Assembly: GCF_009914755.1 (NCBI RefSeq) | Contig: NC_060926.1 | DNA: 64,000 nt | Reading direction: 5' to 3' (one strand) | From: the human T2T-CHM13v2.0 reference genome, Homo sapiens | In this document: piece after piece, positions 14,102 through 30,479 of the stretch | How positions within the stretch are numbered: the stretch's first letter is position 1 | Layout of the letters: every line of letters starts with the position of its first letter | Position numbers and translations under genes: made by a program | The notes under the pieces: model-generated | The model's database searches: none | The model's input: only the letters and a program-made list of their open reading frames with translations | Told to the model about the DNA's origin: nothing

Positions 14102-15029
14102 TGAATTCTCTTTTAATTAAACTTCTTGACCAAAGAGATATGCCGTTTTTGCTTTTGTTTTATCCAAAGGTATGAAGCCAACTCTCCAGTGGTTTGAGTG
14201 GGCCCTCAACTTGGGATGAGAAATTCATTCACCATTTTTTCACCCAAATCAAAGGTTTAATGTAATCATTCTATGTCATTACCCAGATTAAAATGTTAAT
14301 TTTAGTAACCACACTTTAAATCTCAATCTAATTTTTAAATGCAAGCCATTAAGATGCATTCATAAGGCTAAATACTATTCATTAGCTAGTACATAATGAC
14401 AACACTGACATTCATTTGGCAGTTTCCCAAACTATCTTTCCCTCTAAATATTGGTACCTGTGCCCTTGCCAGAGGATAACATATCTTGTATTATATAAAT
14501 CTTGAAATTTAACAGGTACTTTGCAACTACATCCAAATTATTATCTGGTGAATTAAGATGACCACACATTCTTTGACACTATTTCTGTGAGAGGTGGGGT
14601 CTATGTCCCTTCCCTTTGACTCTATGTGGGGTTTGTGTTTAAACCATTAAGTTGCCAAAAAGTGGTTAAAAAGCAATAAATAAACAAAACATTATCAACA
14701 TTCAACTGGGACTTGCCACCCTATGCCATCCAAAGATTTCTGTAATCAGGTGTCAACTGAAGCTTCCTTGTCTTTCAAAATCTAGGTAAGATCAACGTGA
14801 ACCCCTAAACTCATGAAATACTATGGAAATTCAAAGCCTTTTTCAAAATGTCTACATATTCTTGGCAGGTTTATATTCTCATCTTGGCCTTTGAGTTCTT
14901 ATGTATTCTTGTGCTGTATCTGTTATATAATCATCACACTAAATGTGAAATTCAGCTCCCTCCTCAATTTCCACACCAAAAAAATCCACTCACATCAAGA
15001 ATTCATAAATTTAGTATAATGTGAAGAAG

Positions 15030-15253
15030 GTTCTTTCTTTTTTGCTTCCTTCCTTCCCTCTTCCCTTCTTCCCTACTTCCTTCCTTTCTCTTTCTCCCTC
15101 CTTTTTCTTCTCTTTCTCTCCCTTTCTTTTCTTTCTTTCCTTCCTCCATCCTTCCCTTCCTTCTTTCTCTATCTCTCCCCTCTCCACTTGCTTTCTGAAA
15201 AGACAAATTATGAAGTTGCATCAAAACAAACAAACAAACAAACAAACAAACAA
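15030..15253. repeat. CT-rich polypyrimidine low-complexity tract followed by (AAAC)n
   Basis: Seen directly. Confidence 0.85.
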
Positions 15254-15479
15254 GCACCCTCTCATCAAGTATCAGCTCCACCATTCTCAAAATAGATTTT
15301 GCCCCTGCCACCAATGGGGCATTTCACTGACCATTAATCTCGTACAGTCTCAGCCTTTACTCATATTTCTGGCTTCTCTCCAATGTAACTTTCTCTTTTT
15401 CTCTTTTCCCCCTCCCTATATTCAAATGTATAATAACACAATTCTCTTCATTTCTCATACAGAATCATTTCCCACATCC

Positions 15480-16456
15480 TCTGATTACTAGAGGCAGTCA
15501 ATATTCATTCCCTCATAATCTGTACAATATCAAGAGGGCTTGTCAAGGATTTTCCCATACAACTCCTTCCTTAGTCTTAGTGAGGAATGCTGGGGCCTAT
15601 GGTTAGATAACATTTCATTCACCTTGTTATACTTCAGAAGTTCTCATATGTGTCTTAAGTTATTTATTAGCTCAGTGGTTAGATTCTAGTCTTGTCCATG
15701 TTTTTGAGGTGGTTTTTTTTCCCCCTGGAATTTGGACTGATTTCTAAATTCTTTCTGAGCAACAAGTACCCAAACTAACATTTTCATATTTGTCTTCCAT
15801 TTTTTCTATTAAGCTCATTAAAATTACTACTACCTTTTTTCCTGAGGCCCTGCAAGCTAAAGCTTATTCCTTGCAATATAGGCAAGAAAAATGAGTCAGA
15901 TTGCCACTGCATTACTCTTCTGTAACTAAAGATGCTTTAAGTCTAACATCTGGATAGATTTTGCCCAAAATTAACCTTTGTTTTTATTCTGTTTCCACAA
16001 AAACGCCTCTTATTGAAAATCTGTTTGGCTTTGTATTTCAGACAAAAGGGTACTGGTTTTCCAGCCTATTCACTTAGATTTCAAATGGCATTGATCTCTT
16101 CCTATAAGCATTGTTAAACTGGGGTTAAGCATTTTATTAATTATCACTAGGTGCTATTTCATTTAAAAAATTATTTGTTATATCCAACAGGTATTCAGAT
16201 GGGTAAAGTTTATATCTTCCAGGCTACCAAAGTTCCAGACAAACATGATAATTGACTCAAGGGTTCCAGCCTGTGCCACTGCAGGAAGGACTGAGTCCCT
16301 ATAAATCATTAGATAAGGTAGTGAGAGATTTCTATGCCTCCAGATCAGATAGAGATGACAGCTCCTGTTCAGGATGAAGCAGTTACAGAAGATGAAACCT
16401 CTGTCCCTCTACAACATTTTAGGATTAAGGAAGAGTGCACAGTCTCTGAGGAGAGA
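15480..16456 (+). mobile_element. Probable ERV1 internal 3' remnant preceding the MER41 LTR
   Basis: gaagcagttacagaag motif and a purine run (gaggagaga) immediately before the LTR TG. The 5' boundary is uncertain. Confidence 0.4.
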
Positions 16457-16530
16457 TGAAAAAGGAATTCAGCAGGACTTGTTTCACAAGATACAGACCA
16501 CAAAGACTGCTGATAAAACAGGATGTGGTA

Positions 16531-16909
<379 letters not shown>

Positions 16910-17055
16910 TCATTATACACTAATTATAATATATTAGCATACCAATGGAAACTCCACCAACATCATAACAGTTTACAATTACAATTACAGTTACAAATGC
17001 CGTGGCATTGTCCTGAAACTACCCTATATGATCTAAACGGGAGAGGATCCCTCAA

Positions 17056-17085
17056 TTCTGGGAACTCTCAGCTGCTTTCCCAGAA
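17056..17085. promoter_or_regulatory. Tandem GAS (STAT) motifs in MER41
   Basis: TTCTGGGAA at 17056-17064 and TTCCCAGAA at 17077-17085. Confidence 0.65.
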
Positions 17086-17664
17086 AACTCATGAATAATC
17101 TACTCCTTGTTTAGCACATAATCAAAAAATAACCATAAGTATAGTCAGTCAAGCAGCCCATGCTGCTATCTGCCTATGGGGTAGCCACCCTTTTATTCCT
17201 TTAGTTAATAAAGTTGCTTTCACTTTACTCTGTCACTTTACTGCTGGCTTTCACTTTACTCTATCACTTTATACTTTATTGCTGGCTCTTGAATTCTTTC
17301 CTGCACAAGCCAAGAACCCATGTGACCTCCCAAGCTGAGTTCCAATTTTGAGGTTTGCCCTGTGACATCTTTGGCTTATGAAAGCAATCTGATTAAGATC
17401 CAGCTTAAAATTATAATCATGTAAGTCAACTCTACTACATAGTTTTGAGCACAGAAATCAGAATTCATGCTATGAATTGCCCTAGGCTTGTAGTCTGAAC
17501 TTGTTCTCTCCCTATTTGCAGGGGTCAGTGGTAGGATTTAATCTGTTTATACGGATTAACTGCTGTATAGATTACCTACAGCAATTCTTAAGACAGGCTG
17601 TTTCCTTTCATTTAGTAAAACTTTGTTTCCTTAATTTGTCAATGCTTAGTGTGCCAACAATGGG

Positions 17665-17800
17665 GGGCCAGTATAGTTTGGTCTTTGAGCATAGGGGCTT
17701 TGTGTCAGACTGCTGAGCTCACAATCCTGGCTCACTAGACCTGTAACCTTGGCCTAATTATATAACCTATGTCTCAGTTTCCTCATCAGTAAAAGGTGAG
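17665..17800 (+). mobile_element. MIR
   Basis: aatcctggctc...tctcagtttcctcatcagtaaaa. Confidence 0.75.
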
Positions 17801-17843
17801 AAATATATGCACTTTTCAATCATATTTCACTGGCCAGAGCAAG

Positions 17844-18461
17844 TTACAGCACTCCACCTGATTTCAAGGAAGTGAGGCAGTGTAATATGATCATGGGCCC
17901 AGATAGGAGAGAACCAGAAAAAAACTGATGATGAGCACTGATGGTAACCACAATGGTTTGGGCAATCAAATAGCAAGTTATGTTAGAATAGTGTTTAAAG
18001 ACAATTCTGGGAGGGCAGCCAAGATGGCCGAATAGGAACAGCTCCAGTCTACAGCTCCCAGCATGAGCGACGCAGAAGACGAGTGATTTCTGCATTTCCA
18101 TCTGAGGTACCGGGTTCATCTCACTAGGGAGTGCCAGACAGTGGGTGCAGGACAGTAGGTGCAGTGCACCATGCATGAGCCGAAGCAGGGCGAGGCATTG
18201 CCTCACTCGGGAAGCACAAGGGGTCAGGGAGTTCCCTTTCCTAGTCAAAGAAAGGGGTGACAGACGGCACCTGGAAAATCGGGTCACTCCCACCCTAATA
18301 CTGCGCTTTTCCGACGGGCTTAAAAAACGGCGCACCAGGAGATTATATCCCACACATGGCTCGGAGGGTCCTATGCCCATGGAGTCTCGCTGATTGCTAG
18401 CACAGCAGTCTGAGATCAAACTGCAAGGCGGCAGCGAGGCTGGGGGAGGGGCGCCCACCAT
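17844..18461 (-). CDS. L1 ORF0, extended to 205 codons and reading out into flanking DNA (translation unproven)
   Basis: MVGAPPPASLPPCSLISDCCASNQRD is the ORF0 N-terminus. Context gcaATGG. No stop until 17846-17844. Confidence 0.5.
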   Translation of the reverse strand: MVGAPPPASLPPCSLISDCCASNQRDSMGIGPSEPCVGYNLLVRRFLSPSEKRSIRVGVTRFSRCRLSPLSLTRKGNSLTPCASRVRQCLALLRLMHGALHLLSCTHCLALPSEMNPVPQMEMQKSLVFCVAHAGSCRLELFLFGHLGCPPRIVFKHYSNITCYLIAQTIVVTISAHHQFFSGSLLSGPMIILHCLTSLKSGGVL

Positions 18462-19043
18462 TGCCCAGACTTGCTTAGGTAAACAAAGCAGCCAGGAAGC
18501 TTGAACTGGGTGGAGCCCACCACAGCTCAAGGAGGCCTGCCTGCCTCTGTAGGCTCCACTTCTGGGGGCAGGGCACAGACAAACAAAAAGATAGCAGTAA
18601 CCTCTGCAGACTTAAATGTCCCTGTCTGACAGCTTTGAAGAGAGCAGTGGTTCTCCCAGCACGCAGCTGGAGATCTGAGAACGGGCAGACTGCCTCCTCA
18701 AGTGGGTCCCTGACCCCTGACCCCTGAGCAGCCTAACTGGGAGGCATCCCCCAGTAGGGGCAGACTGACACCTCACACGGCCGGGTACTCCTCTGAGACA
18801 AAACTTCCAGAGGAATGATCAGACAGCAGCATTCGCGGTTCATGAAAATCCACTGTTCTGCAGCCACCACTGCTGATACCAGGCAAACAGGGTCTGGAGT
18901 GGACCTCTAGCAAACTCCAACAGACCTGCAGCTGAGGGTCCTGTCTGTTAGAAGGAAAACTAACAAACAGAAAGGACATCCACACCAAAAACCCATCTGT
19001 ACATCACCATCATCAAAGACCAAAAGTAGATAAAACCACAAAG
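18009..19043. promoter_or_regulatory. L1 5'UTR with sense and antisense promoters
   Basis: YY1 site aagatggcc at 18021-18029, CpG-containing sequence, SOX-type aaacaaa sites retained. Confidence 0.8.
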
Positions 19044-20060
19044 ATGGGGAAAAAACAGAGCAGAAAAACTGGAAACTCTAAAAAGCAGAGCGCCTCTCCT
19101 CCTCCAAAGGAACACAGTTCCTCACCAGCAACGGAACAAAGCTGGACGGAGAATGACTTTGACGAGTTGAGAGAAGAAGGCTTCAGACGATCAAATTACT
19201 CTGAGCTACAGGAGGAAATTCAAACCAAAGGCAAAGAAGTTAAAAACTTTGAAAAAAATTTAGACTAATGTATAACTAGAATAACCAATACAGAGAAGTG
19301 CTTAAAGGAGCTGATGGAGCTGAAAGCCAAAGCTCAAGAACTACGTGAAGAATGCAGAAGCCTCAGGAGCCGATGCGATCAACTGGAAGAAAGGGTATCA
19401 GTGATGGAAGATGAAATGAATAAAATGAAGCGAGAAGGGAAGTTTAGAGAAAAAAGAATAAAAAGAAACGAACAAAGCCTCCAAGAAATATGGGACTATG
19501 TGAAAAGACCAAATCTACGTCTGATCGGTGTACCTGAAAGTGACGGGGAGAATGGAACCAAGTTGGAAAACACTCTGCAGGATATTATCCAGGAGAACTT
19601 CCCCAATCTAGCAAGGCAGGCCAACATTCAGATTCAGGAAATACAGAGAACACCACAAAGATACTCTTCGAGAAGAGCAACTCCAAGACACATAATTGTC
19701 AGATTCACCAAAGTTGAAATGAAGGAAAAAATGTTAAGGGCAGCCAGAGAGAAAGGTCGGGTTACCCACAAAGGGAAGCCCATCAGACTAACAGCGGATC
19801 TCTCGGCAGAAACTCTACAAGCCAGAAGAGAGTGGGGGCCAATATTCAACATTCTTAAAGAAAAGAATTTTCAACCCAGAATTTCATATCCAGCCAAACT
19901 AAGCTTCATAAGTGAAGGAGAAATAAAACACTTTACAGACAAGCAAATGCTGAGAGATTTTGTCACCACCAGGCCTGCCCTAAAAGAGCTCCTGAAGGAA
20001 GCACTAAACATGGAAAGGAACAACTGGTACCAGCCGCTGCAAAATCATGCCAAAATGTAA
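19044..20060 (+). pseudogene. L1 ORF1p, disrupted by TAA at 19266-19268
   Basis: ORF track fragments MGKKQSRK... and ...YPAKLS...NHAKM lie in the same frame. Confidence 0.95.
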
Positions 20061-20108
20061 AGACCATCGAGACTAGGAAGAAACTGCATCAACTAACGAG
20101 CAAATTAA

Positions 20109-23946
<3,838 letters not shown>

Positions 23947-25409
23947 ACAATGAGAACACGTGGACACAGGAAGGGGAACATCACACTCTGGGGACTGTTG
24001 TCGGGTGGGGGGAGGGGGGAGGGATAGCATTAGGAGATATACCTAATGTTAAATGACGAGTTAATGGGTGCAGCACACCAGCATGGCACATGTATACATA
24101 TGTAACTAACCTGCAGATTGTGCACATGTACCCTAAAACTTAAAGTATAAAAAAAAAAAAAAAAGAATAGTGTTTAAAGTCAGAGCAAATGAGTCCAATG
24201 TATGAACTCTAGTATATACATTTGTGGTTTATTTGACTTTTGCTTACTTCCTGATTCTCTCCTGTGTTTCAGGGTTGTGTTTGATAGATATGATCTCCAA
24301 ATAAGTAAGATTATAGTATATGTTTCTTAAATATTGTTTATATTTAACATACATAGTACATAGAGTATATGACCATTAAGTACTATTGCTTTGACTATAT
24401 TTTGTTACCTATAGGAGAAAATAATTATGTTAAGGAAAATGATTGGCTTATTTTTGTTCTATAACTTTTGTGAAATGCTTAGTTATTAATTTCAATCATT
24501 TCAATGTCCTTAAGGTGAAAGAAATTGCCTATTTCTTTGGAAAACGTTGCATGTGATAATGAGTCTTCTGATTTTTCTAAGTTTTTAGTATTCTCCTATA
24601 AAGGATCTCAGGCATTAACACTTAAAAAGGTTTTAATGATTAATTCTTAGTGAGATTAAATATGGCTCTATACATATGCATATTGGACTATAATTTATAA
24701 CTATTTCAAAATTAGTGTTCCATTCCCACAATTGCATTACTCCTCTCATTCTGTTTTAAAGTGAGGCTGTTTTTCTTAATCATATAGGTTATTAAATGTA
24801 TTAATGTTTCACAAATTCTTTTCTAATGAACTACTTGCTTATTTGCTTTTCTCATTAATAAGAACAGAGAAGAACATAGCATTCTTCGGGTATAATTGAG
24901 CAACTTGGATTGGTTATTGCTGTTTCTGAAACCACTATAATATGTGCCAAATTGTTTTCAAATCTATAACTTATATAACTAGAACTTTTAGTAGTCTGAT
25001 TTCACTTAAGACCATACTTCTGAGTAGCATGTTATTAAATATTTATATATACTGATTTTCCATTCCTCTCCCCCCATGGTTTTTGCATAATCAAAGGATT
25101 ACCATTATGCTTTGAGAGAGAGATACATTGCTTATTTGCACTGGTTATGCAGGAACACCATGGAGCATTTTATGTTTGAAACAGCGTGGCTCTGCTGGGA
25201 GCTCCTGAAGTAAAAGGAATAAGGAGAGATCAGGCCTAGTTTGGGCCACTGTCAAACTCACTAGGGCCACAGAAGTGACTCGTCACCATGGATGAAATAA
25301 AAATGCAAAGGGCAATTTCCAATCTGTCTGGACCAAGGTTGCTGGCCATGGAGATCAGATTAGATTTGAGTAAACCAGGGAATCACATCAATGCAGTCTG
25401 GGATGTACC

Positions 25410-27065
25410 GATGAATGAACCATTCATTCAATCAAGACATATCCATTGAAGACTTAATTTGTGCCCAGAACTGCGCAGTCACTAAACAGGCAAACATAGA
25501 AGTTGAAATAATTGCTACAAAGTCAAGTAGCAAAATGCGAAAGAAACCATGGGAGGAGGTGGGAAGAATGGCAGGGAGTGGCAGGGAAGTTGGTTAGGGA
25601 TGACCTCTTTGAGACATGATACTTAAGCTGAGACCTGGAAAATGATAAAGAACCAGCCAGCCAACGGGTAGGGGAAGAGCTCTGGGCAGAGGGAGCAGTC
25701 ACCTTTGTGTGGTGTTAGGGCATGTAAGTGGGCAGAGGAGACAGGAGAGCTGGGCACAGGCCTAGTCATGCAGGGCCTTTCAGGCAGATAAAGACTTCAT
25801 TAGAGTCCATGGGAAGCCATCCAGGGTTTCAGGCAAGAGGCTGACATTGTCTCATTAGTTTTCCAGTCATTATGACCTTGGAAGGCCCTAATGTGCCCCT
25901 CCTCAGTGATACCCCACCCCAGAAGTGACCATCACTCTGACTTTTGTGGCATTCATTCCCTTGGGGTAGTATATAGTTTTGCCTGTTCTTGAACTTACAT
26001 AAATGGATTCATATTACATGTAGAACATGGCCCTGGTTGTGTAGAGGGTGGACTGGAGGTGGGCAAGAGTGGATGTGGGAGGGAAAACAGTGGCTGGATG
26101 AGGATGGTGGATGCGAGACCTCGATCTGTGGAGACAATACACAGGGATCTGCAAAAAAAAAAAAAAAAAAAAGAGCTCCACTCAGGGAGGAAAGGACCAG
26201 AGCCACAGAAGCACTCAGTCCCGGGTCCCGGTCCCTGAAGGAAGGAGCCATACACCAGAGACCATCAAAAAGGAGGAGGAAAGGGCATGTGAGGCCACAT
26301 ACAAGCAAACTGGAACCCAAAACAAGGAAGGCTGCTTCCCTCTGCTTGTGAGTACCTGGCTCCATCACTCACACTGCGGCAGTACAGGGATCAGGCACAC
26401 TGACTTGCTCCGGTGTCTAGTCAGTAGAAGGATGGGGAGGGACTGGACCACTTTGGTTCACAGCCATCTGAAGCTGCAGATAGTGAATTTCATTATGAAT
26501 TTGAGGCAGGAATGGGCACCAGTATTGGGAAACACAATGCCTTTAAACATTTCTCAGTCAACAAATATTTATTCAGTATCAGCTATGTTTTAGGAACTAT
26601 TGTAGGTGCTAGGGATACATCAGTCAAAAAAAGAGACAAAAATCTCTGCCAGTATGGGGCTTATGATCTAGAGTGGAGAGAGTGGAGTGAAATAAGGAAA
26701 AGGTAGTGTATCAAGTGATGATGAGTGCTATGGAGAAAAACAAAGCAGGGAAGGGAGATTAGCATGTTGGGGGCAGGAAAGGGGGCACGGCAGATTTAAA
26801 TAAGACTGTCTGGGAAGGTGGCACTGAATAGTACAAATAAAACCTGAAATTGCAGAGAGAGCAAGCCGTGTGGATATCAGGATGAGAGGGTGTAGGGTGC
26901 AAGTGCAAAGGTCCTATGGCACAAATGTGCCCAGCTTGTTTAAGGAAAAGCAAAGAGGCCAGTGGGACAGAGTGAGGAAAGTGAGAATAACAGGAGGTCA
27001 TAGAGGGACCAGGGATTAGATCACAGAAGTTTTGGAAACCATCGTAACTTGGCCTTTTGTTAAAA
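25410..27065 (-). mobile_element. L2 fragments
   Basis: cattcattcaa..., and agtcaacaaatatttattcagt...gctagggatacatcagt...gcaaaggtcct...aggccagtg. Confidence 0.65.
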
Positions 27066-27277
27066 CAAGTAAGTGTAGGCACTTGCTGGGGATAAAAACA
27101 AATTTCCCAGAGGCAGGTTCATCGAATTGGGCCCAGTATACTTGCTAAATTAAGGAGCCATTTTCCTCCTTTTCAAAGAGATAAAGGCAGCTTTCCCCTC
27201 ATTTCTGTTAAGCTCAGGGGCTGCTGTCAGCCCCACAGACCCACAGGAGCCAGATCTTTTTCTTTGGATGAATCTAA

Positions 27278-27759
<482 letters not shown>

Positions 27760-28269
27760 TGAATGTGAGGTTGGGAGATGGGTCTGATGGGGCCAAATTT
27801 GGAGTTTCTGGACAATGGGAGGAGTGTTTAGGGTGGGACACACTTTTGGAAATAGACATATAAAAATAGAGGGTTTGAAAACTTCCTTACATTCATCACC
27901 TGGTGACGTCTGATGACAGGAACGGGAAGGGGCTACAACAGGTAGGTTTCTCCAGTCTCTGCTCTGGGCCCAACACCTGAGCCAATGTTCTGATTGGCTC
28001 CTGTTTGCTTCCATTCCAAGAGCAGATGTTTTTGCTAGAAAGTGTTGATTACCCACTTCAGCTTAACTGCCACAGAGTTTATCAATATATGTGATGTCAC
28101 ACACACACATTTAGGGCATGGAGAAGGGGGTGGGGGCTTTTATGCTCTTTGTTTTTAGGTGCTAGTCAAAGACCTTCTGAAATGCCTTCTTGGGTACCTA
28201 AAGTCAGGCCTCTCCTCTTTCCACTGGGCAGGGAATTGAAGATAACCCCAAGCAGGTTTTGTTTTACCC

Positions 28270-28403
28270 TTTATTGATATATGATAATTTACATATTTAT
28301 GGGGTACATGTGTTTGTTACACGCAAAGAATGTATATAGATCAAATTAGGGAAACTGGGCTATCCACCACCCTCAGTGTTTATCATTTTTATGTATTGAG
28401 AAA
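28270..28403 (-). mobile_element. L1MA 3' end fragment
   Basis: tacatatttatggggtacatgtg...gatcaaattaggg...tatcatttttatgtattgagaa. Confidence 0.7.
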
Positions 28404-28532
28404 TGTGGATCCCACCTCCCTAAGACTCTGCATCATCACATACTTTCAGGTGGTTAGGGAGGGCCACGTGAAGCAAAAGTCTCCCATGTTGTCTCTGGGG
28501 ATTGTAGATAATTATTACTATTATTTTGTTTA

Positions 28533-28535
<3 letters not shown>

Positions 28536-28580
<45 letters not shown>
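28536..28580. repeat. (TA)n microsatellite, ~22 units
   Basis: Seen directly. Confidence 0.95.
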
Positions 28581-28582
<2 letters not shown>

Positions 28583-28593
28583 TTGCTTTAAGA

Positions 28594-28641
28594 TGCCAGT
28601 ATGGGGCTTATGATCTAGAGTGGAGAGAGTGGAGTGAAATA
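28594..28641 (+). repeat. 48-bp exact copy of 26647-26694
   Basis: tgccagtatggggcttatgatctagagtggagagagtggagtgaaata is present at both sites. Confidence 0.95.
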
Positions 28642-29879
28642 TATCTTAAAGTGATATATATATATCTTTGCTGTAAGATTTTAGCTACAGTAAGTCTTTT
28701 TGGAAAGGCCTGACTGTGACTTTAAGGCCATAATGAAGGCAGGTGCTGGGATGGAGACACTCAGAACAGGAGCCTGGTTAGTGTCTTTGTGACACTCAGG
28801 TGACTGACTTGTGAGAGTTGGCCTGGGCCCCAAGCTTTGAAGGGCTCCACTCTGTCTCTTCTATCCCCTGGAAAGAAAAGTCCATGGATTTCCGGGACGA
28901 TGTCATTCAGATTATATTCCAGGTACCTGGGATCAGCCAAACTAAATTCCAGGTATCTCAAATTCCCCCAGGTACCCCAAATGCCCCAAGCCCATTGCCA
29001 GTACCTGCATGGGCTTCCCCCTGAGATTTGGGCTCCTCTGGATGCACCTCTGCAGGGGCTGTGTGTGGGGTTGACCAAGTTTGAAATGTGCATAATGTAG
29101 GGCTCACACCTGTTAAAATCCAGCACAGTGTGGAGGGGGATCTAGGGGGAAGGGGAGGTGAGTAACTCCAATGTCTTCTAAACGGTTTGTAGGCTTAGTT
29201 CCTTCTGGTTGGATTTGGGGTGTGATCTGCCACCTTTTGATAGCAGCATCCTGGTACTGTCCCCTTATGACAGCACTATCAAGATACTGAGCACTGGGCC
29301 TAAAGTGAATGTCAGTTTCTTACTTGGCCAACTATAAACACGGCTTTCATAAGCCAATGTTTTACAAGAGAAGCCAGCAGGCAAAGGCATGGCTGTTCCA
29401 CTACAGAAAGCTGTTCTCTTTCGCACACTGTGGGGTAACTGACCTGAGTCAACTAACTTAGACTCAGCAACTGCTCCAGAAAAAAGTGAGCTGCTGGAGC
29501 CCAACAGAGACACTGGCTATTACTCCTAGGATCTGCACTGTAAAACCAAAAGCATTAGGGTTGAAAGAAACAGTTTCCTTACTGACAAGTTAGTAATTTT
29601 CAGTGAGGTAAAAGAGGAGGAGGAGGACAATACATTTCCAAGGGTGCTTTATTCAGTTTGAGCTTTTAAATCAATGGGCAAGTCTTCATTATTTACCCTT
29701 AATTACTGTCATCACAGTCTCATAAACCAGAAGCATGCCCCCGGTGTAGAAAACAGGCCCTTTACCTTGGCTCTCCTCCCACTTCCATCAGGGCAGCCAA
29801 GGGCTCCAGTGGTAAATGCCCTCCTGCAACTGATAGGACATTCCTCAAAAGAGCCCTTGCGGTACAATTTGTACAACAT

Positions 29880-30110
29880 GGCCCTTTGAAACAGATAGAT
29901 CTGAGCTTGAATCCTGGCTCTACTTCTAGCTGTGAAATGCAAGCCACAAAACCTCTCTCAGCAAGTTCCTAAACCTTTCTGAGCCTCAATTTGCTCACTT
30001 GTCAAATGGGAATGATACTGTGTACTCCATGCTGTTTTGGTGAAGGTTCAATAAAATACATATGCAAAACACATAATTAATGCCTGACACATAAGCATTT
30101 AATAAATATA
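29880..30110 (+). mobile_element. MIR
   Basis: ttgaatcctggctctac...tctgagcctcaatttgctcacttgtcaaatggg...tgcctgacacata. Confidence 0.8.
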
Positions 30111-30479
30111 GCATTTCAAAAAGGACCAAAATAACATAGCAAAAGCAGAAGAAATAAGAAGAATGTAAGGTAATGAAAGAAAAATTTTAAACAAATAAAC
30201 CAGAACAAATGCATCCAAATAACAATTACTTCTTAAGGCTACTATGGGGACTATGTTAAGTTACTCCAAATGTTCTGCTGTGTTTGGGAACTCTTATCCA
30301 GGATCTCAAAGTACGTTCCTTAGACCATGACAGTGGTGGCAAATCATTTGAGAGCAGATTTGATTTTGGAAAACCACAAAAATCATTTAACAGAAAATAA
30401 AATAAAAACATGATCAACAATTTTGTTTTAAAAAAGTATGATTATGAAATACTAAGATAAATTTTCTCTTCTCAGCTGC

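Noticed and set aside
15003-15491. 103-aa and 156-aa ORFs
   Set aside because: Artefacts of CT-rich low complexity.
24003-24023. G-quadruplex motif
   Set aside because: Standard feature of every L1PA 3'UTR, so not locus-specific.
25989-26593. Cluster of overlapping 86-160 aa ORFs
   Set aside because: They span a poly(A) run amid L2 debris and show no domain similarity.
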